NCBI GenBank assembly: GCA_963737265.1
Contig: CAVTRY010000006.1
Location: 32,001-96,000, forward strand
Direction of reading: 5' to 3'
Length of the DNA stretch: 64,000 nt
Source of the DNA: an uncultured delta proteobacterium
GTDB lineage: Bacteria; Myxococcota_A; Polyangia; Fen-1088
The translations under genes were made by a program, and so were the position numbers. Below the pieces are notes generated by a model, which searched no databases, had not been told where the DNA came from, and was given only the letters and a program-made list of their open reading frames with translations. This document shows, in pieces, positions 20,152 to 28,998 of the stretch (within the stretch, counting starts at the first letter, position 1; each line of letters begins with the position of its first letter).

Positions 20152-22008
20152 ATGTCAGTCGAAAAGCCGCGCTTTCGCCGCGACCTTGAGGCGGTTGCCG
20201 TCGAGGCCGAGGGACGAGATTACGTCGAGGTCAGCGACCGGCGCACGGGCACGAGCTTTCGCTTCTACGATTTCGAGTACCGTGTCGCGCTGGCATTCGA
20301 CGGGCTGGCCTTCGACAAGGTCGCGCCGTGGGTGAAGTTGTCGAGTGGGCTGGAATTGACCGTCGCTCAGCTCGAGGAATTCGCCGCGCGTCTCGACGAG
20401 ATGGGTTTTCTCGAAACCGAAACCGGCTTCACACCCACGCCGCAGGTCGTACCGCGGCTGCTCGATCTGGCGGAAGCGAAAAACTCCTCAAGACGTGTCT
20501 ATCAATCGCAGGCCGAGCCCCGGCCGAGCGAGCAAGCCCGCCCGCGAGGCGCGACGAGCGCGCATAGCGCGGGCTCTGTAAGCGAGGAGCAACGAAGCGG
20601 GCGGGCTGCGCAGCCGGACGGGCGACGGGAGCGATTGATGGACACGTCTTCAGACACTGGCCTCGATCGCGAGCTCGAAGCGCTGGTTGCGACGACGGCG
20701 GCCGTCGCCAGCGACGCCGCGGAAGTCGCGGAACCGGTGACGGCGGTAGACACCGCGCCCCTAGCGGTGGCTGAGCCACGCGCGAAAGCGGCGACCCCGC
20801 CCGACGCCGCGGCGGAGACAACTGCGGCGCCGGCAAGTCGCGTGGATGCAACCGCGTTTCCCGTGCTGCCGGCGTCGTCTCCGCCGCGAACGATCGAGGC
20901 CGACCTTCCCGCCTCACCCTTGCCGCCCGCGTGGACGACGCCGCGGCCGATGATGACACCGGTGCCGGTCACCTTCGGGCCCAGCTTGTTTTCCGATCCG
21001 CCATCGCCCGCGGTCCGGCGGCGGCGGCGACGCTCTTTCGTCCTGTTCGCCTCGGCTGGTATCGTCGCGGCGATGGCGGTTCTCCTGCTGGTGCTGCCGT
21101 TTCTGTTCTCGCCCCGCGCCCCGTCGGCCGCCGAGGTGGCCACCCTGGTTGCCGCCCCGGGAACCGTTCTTCGCTATTTTGACGGGGCGGGCGTTATCGA
21201 GCCAGTCCCTGGCTTGGTGCTCAGGTTCCCAGCCCCGGGCAAGGTCATGCGTGTTGCAAGCCGCGGCGCCGCGCTGGCCGCCGGGGATGTCGCGGCGGCG
21301 GTCGAGGCCGCACGGCCCTTGCTGACTCAGCTTGGCCACCAGAGCGAAAGATTGGCGTTCTATCGCCAGATGACCGAGGCCATGAACCAGGTTGGAAATA
21401 CCAAGGAAGAAGGACAGCAAGCCGCGCAGGTCGAGCAGAGGACGGCAAACATCGCGCGGACGCGGCGTGCCCTGACCGATGTCGCGGTGGTGGCGAACGA
21501 TCCCGGTCAGGTCGAGGAAGCCCTGGTCCACGAAGGCGACCTCGTGCAGGCGGGCAGTCCGGCCTTGCGCTTGCGCTCGGCCGGATTTCGCGTGACCTTC
21601 GATCTACCGCGCGGCGAGGCGACGCGTGCGCGGCGCCTCGGCTTCTGCGAAGTTGAAGTGGATGGCTACCTTGTGGATTGCAATCCCGTCGCAACCAACT
21701 CCGAGGACACCCGCGTGAGCGTCGCGCTAGCGTCCGTTCCGGCGTCGCTGCTCGACAAGCCGGCGCACCTCGTCCGGGCGCGGTTCGTGGGCGCTCTCGT
21801 CGTGCCGGCCGCCGCGATCGCACGGACCGGGAGCCACGATCAAGCTCTGCTTGTCTCTCCGCGGGGGCAGGCGGAAGCACGCCCCGTGACCGTGGCGGAA
21901 CGAAACGCGACGGAAGCCGTCGTCGTTCAGGGTTTGGATGCTGGCGATCGCATCATCATCGAGGGGCCGGCCGGCCTGGCCGCGGGCATGCCCGTTCGGA
22001 CTCGCTAG
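20152..22008 (+). CDS. Membrane-fusion (RND/HlyD adaptor-like) protein with N-terminal PqqD-like domain; contains an in-frame MITE
   Basis: N-terminal PRFRRDL..D..TG..FRF motif, Pro/Ala linker, single TM, C-terminal ALVVP..AI..RPVTV..VVQGL.AGD.II adaptor signature. Confidence 0.7.
   Translation: MSVEKPRFRRDLEAVAVEAEGRDYVEVSDRRTGTSFRFYDFEYRVALAFDGLAFDKVAPWVKLSSGLELTVAQLEEFAARLDEMGFLETETGFTPTPQVVPRLLDLAEAKNSSRRVYQSQAEPRPSEQARPRGATSAHSAGSVSEEQRSGRAAQPDGRRERLMDTSSDTGLDRELEALVATTAAVASDAAEVAEPVTAVDTAPLAVAEPRAKAATPPDAAAETTAAPASRVDATAFPVLPASSPPRTIEADLPASPLPPAWTTPRPMMTPVPVTFGPSLFSDPPSPAVRRRRRRSFVLFASAGIVAAMAVLLLVLPFLFSPRAPSAAEVATLVAAPGTVLRYFDGAGVIEPVPGLVLRFPAPGKVMRVASRGAALAAGDVAAAVEAARPLLTQLGHQSERLAFYRQMTEAMNQVGNTKEEGQQAAQVEQRTANIARTRRALTDVAVVANDPGQVEEALVHEGDLVQAGSPALRLRSAGFRVTFDLPRGEATRARRLGFCEVEVDGYLVDCNPVATNSEDTRVSVALASVPASLLDKPAHLVRARFVGALVVPAAAIARTGSHDQALLVSPRGQAEARPVTVAERNATEAVVVQGLDAGDRIIIEGPAGLAAGMPVRTR
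20491..20649. mobile_element. 159-bp MITE, copy 1 (in frame within a CDS)
   Basis: TIR agacgtgtctatcaatcgc/gcgattgatggacacgtct (18/19); TCA on both sides (20488-90, 20650-52); near-identical inverted copy at 31249-31407. Confidence 0.92.
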
Positions 22009-22025
22009 CGCTAGCGAACGCGCCA

Positions 22026-22412
22026 CTAGGGCGGATAGCCGTCGGTCTGCCAGTTTTGCAACAACTTCTTTCCGTTGGGGCCGACGCCTTCGCCCCACAG
22101 CCCGGCGGGCGGCATGTGGTCGTTGAGGGTGGCCTTGACGAGACGGGATCCTTGATCGAAGGCTCCCTGCACGCCGTTCGATGTCGCGTAGACATCGAGC
22201 CGGAAATTGGTCGGCGCGCCGCGGGTGGCGGGATAGCCGTGGCACAAGAGACAATGATCCGCGAGCAAGGGTTTGACGTCCAGCTCGAACGTGGGATGGG
22301 CTGGCACAGTGGCGATATCGGGCTTGGCACATGCCGACAGGGACGCTGTCAGCACGACCAACAGCGACCGCAGTAAACGCGCGAGCCGAGGATTCCGGTA
22401 TTGCTTCAACAT
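22026..22412 (-). CDS. Lipoprotein with single c-type heme motif
   Basis: Lipobox LSAC, PTF..DVKPLL..HCLLCHG, distal MPP, LQNW. Confidence 0.75.
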   Translation of the reverse strand: MLKQYRNPRLARLLRSLLVVLTASLSACAKPDIATVPAHPTFELDVKPLLADHCLLCHGYPATRGAPTNFRLDVYATSNGVQGAFDQGSRLVKATLNDHMPPAGLWGEGVGPNGKKLLQNWQTDGYPP

Positions 22413-22430
22413 GGCGTCCTTTCCTCGAAA

Positions 22431-23159
22431 TCAGAACACCCACGACAGGCCGGCCGCGGTCATGAATCCGAACGTCGTCCAGCCCACAATCTGGTGAGCC
22501 TGCGCCATCTGCTTGAGACCGCTTGGATTGCCTGCGTCGGCCTGACGAGCCGTGATGAAACCGAGCGCGACCTCGGCTAGCATGCCCGCGGTCGCGCCGA
22601 TGGCGGCCAGGCGATGCACGAGCGCGGTATCGAGCTGGAGCGGCTTTTTGTAGGGCGAGGGCGCCAGCAGCGAATAGATTCCCGTCGTCGCGAACAGCGC
22701 AGCCGTGGGATAGACGAGGAGGCGATGGGGCATTTGATAACTTCCCCTGCCGCTGCCGCCGCCATAGAGATCGTTGTAGTTGAGCTGCCCGACCACGCAG
22801 CTCGCTCCCATGAGGATCCAGGTCGCGATTCCGAGCGTCTGGTGGATCTCCAAGCGATGCCGGCGCGTCTTCGACAGCTGGTCGACGCTGGCGTCCTTCG
22901 CCGTGGTATCCGCGCCAGGCGTCGCGCCGGGCTCCGCAGCAAAGAAGTTGAAGTCGAGGCCGGGCGGTTTGCTGCCGGGTGCCGGCAGCGGTATGGATTG
23001 TGGCAACTTTTCCGAGGACGCGTGGGGTGTGACCACCGCTGGCACGCTCTCCGTCGGCGCGGATTCGTTCTCCGCAGGCGCGGGCGTCTGCGCCCAAGCG
23101 GCGACAGGCGCGAAAAGCGGGGCAAAGAGCAACAACCAAACTGCTGGGATACGGTTCAT
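22431..23159 (-). CDS. Hypothetical membrane protein with four His-bearing TM helices (cytochrome b-like?)
   Basis: Signal peptide, Pro/Thr linker, then IHQTLG, PHRLLV, VHRLAA, AHQIVG each preceding a hydrophobic segment. Confidence 0.6.
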   Translation of the reverse strand: MNRIPAVWLLLFAPLFAPVAAWAQTPAPAENESAPTESVPAVVTPHASSEKLPQSIPLPAPGSKPPGLDFNFFAAEPGATPGADTTAKDASVDQLSKTRRHRLEIHQTLGIATWILMGASCVVGQLNYNDLYGGGSGRGSYQMPHRLLVYPTAALFATTGIYSLLAPSPYKKPLQLDTALVHRLAAIGATAGMLAEVALGFITARQADAGNPSGLKQMAQAHQIVGWTTFGFMTAAGLSWVF

Positions 23160-23290
23160 TACGATGACGGAAATTAGCCTATTTCGCCCGCGATGCAATG
23201 ACCGGGAGGGGAAAAACGGATTTTGAATGCCGAAATTAACGGCGCATCCGATCGGCAAAATCCGCACGAACCGTGCATCTGGCTCCGCCA

Positions 23291-24340
23291 TCAACGACGG
23301 CTGCTTCCGCCGCGTACGAGCGCAGCCTGCACGGCCAGGATTACCTTGCGGGCCAACGCCGAAAGGGGCGCGGCGAGCGGGTCGGGCCACCACTTCTGTC
23401 CGGCCGCTTTTCTCGTCGTCGCAAGGTACACGCCGGCGCTCACGTGGCGGTGGGTGAGCTCGTGAAAGACTTGCGCCAGGCGCGGGCCGAGCGGCTGGCC
23501 GAGGCGCGCGGCGAGATCCCTTTTGGCCCGGATGCCGCTGGCGCTCGGCAATTCCCACAGCCCGGGCCACAGACCGTCGAGGGAGCGCTGTTCGAGCAGG
23601 ACCGCGCCCTCGCGCTCGCTCCAGGCGAAGGCAATGCGCAGAGATCTGCGTGGGGCCTTCGCGGCCTTGCCGGGATATGCCGCCTGCGCTCCGTCGCAAG
23701 ACGCGCGACAGATCCGGCGCAGGGGGCAGGCAAGGCATGCCGGCGCGTCTGGCCGGCACAGCGTCGCGCCGATGTCCATGAGCGCCTGGTTGATCTCGCC
23801 CGGCTGCCGGCAATCGACGAGACGTTGCGCCTGGGCGCGCACGGCGCGAACCAGAGCCGGGTCGGAAGCTCGGCCGGGCAAGGCAAACACGCGCGCGAGC
23901 ACGCGCACGAGGTTGCCGTCTACAGCGGCAGCGCGCGCGCCGTAGGCAATCGACGCGACGGCCGCGGCGGTGTAGGCCCCGATTCCGGGCAGCCCGCGCA
24001 GACCGGCCTCGTCCGCGGGCAGCTTGCCACCCAGATCGGAAACGATCAGGCGCGCGGCCTTGTGCAGGTTGCGCGCGCGCCGGTAATAGCCAAGTCCTGC
24101 CCAGGCTTCACACACGGTGCGCTCCTCCGCCGCCGCGAGCGCTTTCAGGTCGGGGAACTGGCGCAAAAAAACGGAAAAGCGGGGCACCACGGTTTGCACT
24201 TGCGTCTGCTGCAACATGACCTCGGAGACCCAGATGGCGTAGGGCTCGCGGGTTTGCCGCCAAGGCAGGTCGCGACCGTGTTTGCGATAGAACGCCAGCA
24301 GCGCCCGACGGAGCTCGCTGATGACCGCTAGCGTTTCCAG
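23291..24340 (-). CDS. mutY: A/G-specific adenine glycosylase MutY
   Basis: RDLPWR..PYAIWVSEVMLQQTQV, WAGLGYYRRARNL, LPGIG.YTA, VDGN, CxxxxxxCxxCxxxxxC; conserved N-terminus extends upstream of the listed ATG, so a CTG start at 24340 is inferred. Confidence 0.92.
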   Translation of the reverse strand: METLAVISELRRALLAFYRKHGRDLPWRQTREPYAIWVSEVMLQQTQVQTVVPRFSVFLRQFPDLKALAAAEERTVCEAWAGLGYYRRARNLHKAARLIVSDLGGKLPADEAGLRGLPGIGAYTAAAVASIAYGARAAAVDGNLVRVLARVFALPGRASDPALVRAVRAQAQRLVDCRQPGEINQALMDIGATLCRPDAPACLACPLRRICRASCDGAQAAYPGKAAKAPRRSLRIAFAWSEREGAVLLEQRSLDGLWPGLWELPSASGIRAKRDLAARLGQPLGPRLAQVFHELTHRHVSAGVYLATTRKAAGQKWWPDPLAAPLSALARKVILAVQAALVRGGSSRR

Positions 24341-27300
24341 AGTGTCATCCCACGGTAGTCGTTGCTAAAGCCAATCCGCCGAAGGACCTCGGCGTAGGGT
24401 GAAGCCATCGGACTCGCGTCGTTGACGGTCTCCACGATGACCGACGACAGTGGCGAAAATTCTCGGCTGAGGAATAGTCGATAAATGGCCAACGCGGATT
24501 CGAGCGCGGGATGGTCAGGTTCCACCAAGACCGTCAGCTCCCGACTGCTTCGCTCGACCACCAGCATCAGTCGGCTGCCGAGAAACGCCATCCAATTGCC
24601 GGCGATGCGGCGGGGTAAGTGCGCGGGAAGACCGTCGAGACCCAAGCCGCACAGCGAAGCCGGGTCGCAAGCATTTACGAAATAGATGCGCTCGCCGGGC
24701 AACGGGTCGGCCAGGCGACGAATGGCTTCGTGGGTGGCGAATTGAATTCCAGGCGCGCCCGCGAAGAAATGCCCCGACACGATTTCGCCCGAAAGCTCCA
24801 GCAAGCGCAGCGCCCGAAACAGCCTGGGCCAGCGCAGGGCGGGCAGCTCGTGTTCGAGGAGCTCGCGAAACACCACACCGAAGCGCCCCAGCACCATGCG
24901 CGCACGCTCTTTTTCCAGCTCGGCGTGTTGCACCGGACTCTTGCCGCTCGGACTCTGAACGAGCTTCCAAATCCCGGTGCTGGGTCGGGAGCGCTCCCAG
25001 CGGCGAAAACCCGCGCGGCCGCCATTGCCGATTTGTTTCACCTCTTGGGCGGAGAAACCATTCAAGACGCCACGCCGGACGGTTTCGTAGCTGTCGGTGG
25101 AGGCGCGCCCCTGCCAAGCCAAGCTCCACAACGTCTGGGCGAGCCTCGCGGTGTCGAGCGCGGTCGCCGCCGCCACATCGAAAAAGCCGAGCCCGCCGCT
25201 CGCTTGCTGGAGTCGCTGCGCGACCAAGGATTCGCCATCTCCCTGTTCGCCATCTTCCTGTTCGGCGGAGCGGTCGCTATCGACCAAGAACAGCTCTTGG
25301 TCGCTCGGAAAAGCGAAGCCGACTTTCTCCTTGCCACAACCTATCCAAGTCAATCCGTACGACAAAAAGAGCGTGTCCAGCCATGACGGATAGTAGGTTT
25401 CGAGCCGGCAGGGCAGGATGGCCTCTTCCCACAGCTCGGCGGGAAGGGGAAAACCAAATAGGCGATCGAGGGCGGCTTGCAGCGGTTCGAGACCGCTGCT
25501 TTGTCGGGAGAGGCCGTGCCATTCGGCGAGAAAGAGCGGCAAGTCTTCCATGGGTCTCGTGGGCAGCGACTGTCCGACCTCGGCGCGCCGGCCGGCGCGA
25601 TGCAGGCGGAGCAAGCGTTCGGCATTCTCGGCGTCGCAGAAGAGACGCTCGGCCAGGCCGTCGAGCAGCGGGCCCGCGACGATGCTTTCGCTTTCCAGCA
25701 GCTCATCGATGAGAGGCGGGAGCTCGGCCGCCCCCACCCCGAGAGCCGCAGAGATCTCGTCCGGCGAAACCGCGGCGCGACTGCGCAAGTAGTCGGCGAT
25801 CAGCCTGGCGGCAGACTCGGACTCCGAGCGATAGGGATGGGACTGCAAGTAATCGGTGACCTGCTCGCACGCTCCGCCGGACAATCGGCGCAAACCGCGC
25901 AGGTCGAGGCAGTCGATCCCGCGCAAAAACAAAACCCGCGGCACATCCCCGAGATCGGAGACCAGCTCCTGCGTCGCGCCGGGGAGAATGTAGGCCACGA
26001 GCGAGCTCAAAGTATCTGCGTCGCGGGATACCTTCTCGTCGGGGGAAAGCTGCGCAAGCCAAGCTTCGACGATGGCGCTCGGCAAAAGCACAATCTCGCG
26101 CACGGCGAGTAGGATCTCCTCGCGCGTGGCCGGCTGGTAGCCCGGATGGGTGCGCAGGAGCTTGCTGGTAAAGGCTGTGGCAAGTTGCTCCGGCACCGTT
26201 GGCGGCGCGCTGGCGTCGTGGAACAGATCGCGAAAGAGCTCGTCCGACAGATTCGACCGGCCGCCCGGGCCCGGCGCATCGTCGAGATACATGTGATAGT
26301 TGGTCTGGCGGAACACGACGCCGTCGGAAAAAGGGGTGGGGTGGGCCGGCCACGATACGTTCAGGGCGATGCGCTTGGCGGCGACGTCGTCGAGCAGGCC
26401 AGCCAGGGTGGGGATCTCGAATTCGTCCTCGAGTAGGTCGCGCCAGGTTTCGAGCAAGATGGGAAAGTCCTGCAGCCGCAGGACCGACGCCAGCAGCTTC
26501 TTCGCGCGCAGGCGATTGAGCCAAAGCGGATAGCGTTTCCTGGCGTCCCCGCGCGGAAGCAGCAGCGCCCGGCTGGCGTTCTCGCGAAAGCGCGAGCCGA
26601 AGAGCGCCGTCTTCTCCAAGCGCGAACGCAGAAGCTCGTCGAGCGCACTGGCCGACACCAGCTCAAACACGGCCGCCGGGTCGAAAGCATCGGGCAGCAT
26701 GAAGAGGATGTGATCGTTGGTCGCGAAACTGTCGAGCGGGCTGTCGTGACCGCGCTCCCAGGCTTCGGACATGGCCAAGGCCAGCGGGCGATTCACCCGG
26801 CCGCCCCAGAAGGTATGAAAGATCACCTGCTGCATGTCCGCTGGCGCCGACGGATCCTTGCTGCATTCGACGAGCACGCGCTGGCGGCCGGGAAGGGGCG
26901 CGCGCGACACCTCGCGCTGGCGCGCCAGGCAACGCACCAGGCTGCGCGCGGCGGCGGCGTCCATCCCGTGACGCGCGCGCAGCTCGCCGGCAAGATCGTC
27001 GGCAGCATCGTCGGCAGCGCCGAGCCCGGCGAGGTGTTTCTCGCAGACGTCGAAAAAATCCAGTAGCGCGAATGACGCCTGCGTCGATCGGTTCTGTTCG
27101 TCGGCCTTCCAAAACGGAATCATCGAGCCGCTTGGATTGGCGGGACCCACTTCGACATCGTTGTGGGTCACCTTGAGAATACGCCACGCCTGCGTGCCCA
27201 GGCTGAACTGATCGCCGAGCCTGCGCTCGCACACGAATTCCTCGTCGAGCTCGCCGAGCACGGCTTTGCTGTCGGCCAAGCGCAGGTGGTAGTAGCCGCG

Positions 27301-28824
27301 ATCGGGAATAGTTCCGCCGGATTGATAGAGGATAAATTCGGTCCCACTTCGGGCGGTGAAGGTGTGATCGACGCTATCGACGAGCGCCCGCAGCCGCAAC
27401 TCGCGCACCGGCGCGTCGGCGTAGCGGCCGGCGAGCATGGCCAAGACCAGATCGAAATGCGCACGCGGCAGGTCGTGATAGGCCGCGATGGTGCGCACGA
27501 AGGCGTAAAGTCGACCGATCTCCCAGACCGTCTGGCAGCCCATGGACAGCAGCACCTGCGCTAGCACGTCGAGGGCGTTTCTGATGGGACGAACTTCCTC
27601 TACCAAGCCTTGCCGGATCATTCCTTCCATCGACGCAGCCTGCGCGCCGTCGAGACCGTGCAGCACGAACAGACTGGCCCGGCTGGTGCCGCCCACGCGA
27701 TGGTCGGCGCGTCCGATGCGCTGGACCGACTGTGCGACCGAGGGCGGCGTGCCGACGAGAATTACTTCCTCGACCGAGCCGATGTCGATGCCGAGCTCTA
27801 GCGACCCGGTGGCCACGACAGCGCGCAGGCGGCCCTGCTTCATGCGTTCTTCGACCTCGAGGCGAATCTCGCGCGACAGCGAGCCGTGATGAGAATAGGC
27901 GACAGGTTCGCTCTCGCCAGCGTTGAGCAGGCGGGCAATCTTTTCCACCGTGCGCCGGCTGTTGGCGAATATGAGCGTGGAGCGGTTCTTGGCGATGATG
28001 GCCTTCACATCGCTGGCCAGCGCGTCCCACCACAGATCCGCCGCCTCCGGCCCCGGCGCAATTTCCACACCCGGCGCGCGCACGGTGAGCGCTATCGATC
28101 GCGCGTCGGTGGCGTGAACGATGGTCACCGGCCGCGGACGATAGCTGGCGCCCGACCCGTGATTGGTCATGGCGAAGCCGGCCATCCACGCGGCCACTAC
28201 CTCGGCCGGTCGCACGGTGGCGGACAGAGCGATACGCTGGAATTCGCCAGCCGAAAGCGTCAGGCGCTCGACCGCGGACATCATGTACGTGCCGCGTTTG
28301 CTCGCCGCCAGAGCGTGGATCTCGTCGAGGATCACGGTCTTGACGCCGTCGAATAGTTTCCGACTTTGCTTGCCGGTCAGCATCAGATTCAAGCTTTCCG
28401 GCGTCGTGATGAGAATTTCGGGCGGATGGCGCAGCATCGCGCGCCGTTCGTCGTCGGGCGTGTCGCCCGAGCGGGTCATCACGCGGATGGGCGGAAAGGC
28501 GACCTTCTCGCGCTCGAACAGGGCGCCCAGCTCCGCCAGCGGCTCGATCAGATTGAGGCGGATGTCGCTGTTGAGCGCCTTGAGCGGCGAAAGGTAGAGC
28601 GCGCGCACGACGCCGCCCGACCAGCGCCCAGTCACCAGGTTGTCGATGGCCGACAGGAACGCGGTCAGGGTCTTACCGCTGCCGGTGGGCGCGCTGACCA
28701 GCACGTGCCTCCCCTCGGCGATGAGCGGCCACGCCTGCGCCTGGGCATCCGTGGGCGCAGCAAAGCGACCCTCGAACCACCGGCGAACCAGGGGATGAAA
28801 TCCGTCGAGCTCGCGCTCGTCCAT
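24328..28824 (-). CDS. lhr: Lhr-family ATP-dependent DEAD/H helicase (long form)
   Basis: APTGSGKT, SPLKAL, TTPESL, DEIH, SAT, HHGSL, LELGIDIG, QRIGR; C-terminal winged-helix/glycosylase-like region; start MDERELDGFHP. Confidence 0.92.
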   Translation of the reverse strand: MDERELDGFHPLVRRWFEGRFAAPTDAQAQAWPLIAEGRHVLVSAPTGSGKTLTAFLSAIDNLVTGRWSGGVVRALYLSPLKALNSDIRLNLIEPLAELGALFEREKVAFPPIRVMTRSGDTPDDERRAMLRHPPEILITTPESLNLMLTGKQSRKLFDGVKTVILDEIHALAASKRGTYMMSAVERLTLSAGEFQRIALSATVRPAEVVAAWMAGFAMTNHGSGASYRPRPVTIVHATDARSIALTVRAPGVEIAPGPEAADLWWDALASDVKAIIAKNRSTLIFANSRRTVEKIARLLNAGESEPVAYSHHGSLSREIRLEVEERMKQGRLRAVVATGSLELGIDIGSVEEVILVGTPPSVAQSVQRIGRADHRVGGTSRASLFVLHGLDGAQAASMEGMIRQGLVEEVRPIRNALDVLAQVLLSMGCQTVWEIGRLYAFVRTIAAYHDLPRAHFDLVLAMLAGRYADAPVRELRLRALVDSVDHTFTARSGTEFILYQSGGTIPDRGYYHLRLADSKAVLGELDEEFVCERRLGDQFSLGTQAWRILKVTHNDVEVGPANPSGSMIPFWKADEQNRSTQASFALLDFFDVCEKHLAGLGAADDAADDLAGELRARHGMDAAAARSLVRCLARQREVSRAPLPGRQRVLVECSKDPSAPADMQQVIFHTFWGGRVNRPLALAMSEAWERGHDSPLDSFATNDHILFMLPDAFDPAAVFELVSASALDELLRSRLEKTALFGSRFRENASRALLLPRGDARKRYPLWLNRLRAKKLLASVLRLQDFPILLETWRDLLEDEFEIPTLAGLLDDVAAKRIALNVSWPAHPTPFSDGVVFRQTNYHMYLDDAPGPGGRSNLSDELFRDLFHDASAPPTVPEQLATAFTSKLLRTHPGYQPATREEILLAVREIVLLPSAIVEAWLAQLSPDEKVSRDADTLSSLVAYILPGATQELVSDLGDVPRVLFLRGIDCLDLRGLRRLSGGACEQVTDYLQSHPYRSESESAARLIADYLRSRAAVSPDEISAALGVGAAELPPLIDELLESESIVAGPLLDGLAERLFCDAENAERLLRLHRAGRRAEVGQSLPTRPMEDLPLFLAEWHGLSRQSSGLEPLQAALDRLFGFPLPAELWEEAILPCRLETYYPSWLDTLFLSYGLTWIGCGKEKVGFAFPSDQELFLVDSDRSAEQEDGEQGDGESLVAQRLQQASGGLGFFDVAAATALDTARLAQTLWSLAWQGRASTDSYETVRRGVLNGFSAQEVKQIGNGGRAGFRRWERSRPSTGIWKLVQSPSGKSPVQHAELEKERARMVLGRFGVVFRELLEHELPALRWPRLFRALRLLELSGEIVSGHFFAGAPGIQFATHEAIRRLADPLPGERIYFVNACDPASLCGLGLDGLPAHLPRRIAGNWMAFLGSRLMLVVERSSRELTVLVEPDHPALESALAIYRLFLSREFSPLSSVIVETVNDASPMASPYAEVLRRIGFSNDYRGMTLWKR

Positions 28825-28998
28825 GACCCGAAGCTTACGCGATCCCCCACTCGCCAATGATCGCCACAAGATCCTCGACGACGGAAACGTCAGGCTAGAG
28901 TTCAAGAAGTCCAGCAGGGGTACTGCCTCTGGGCTCTGGGGCAGCGTAACGCACCGCCGCTTGCTGGAATATTTGGGACGCCCCGTGGTTCTATACCT

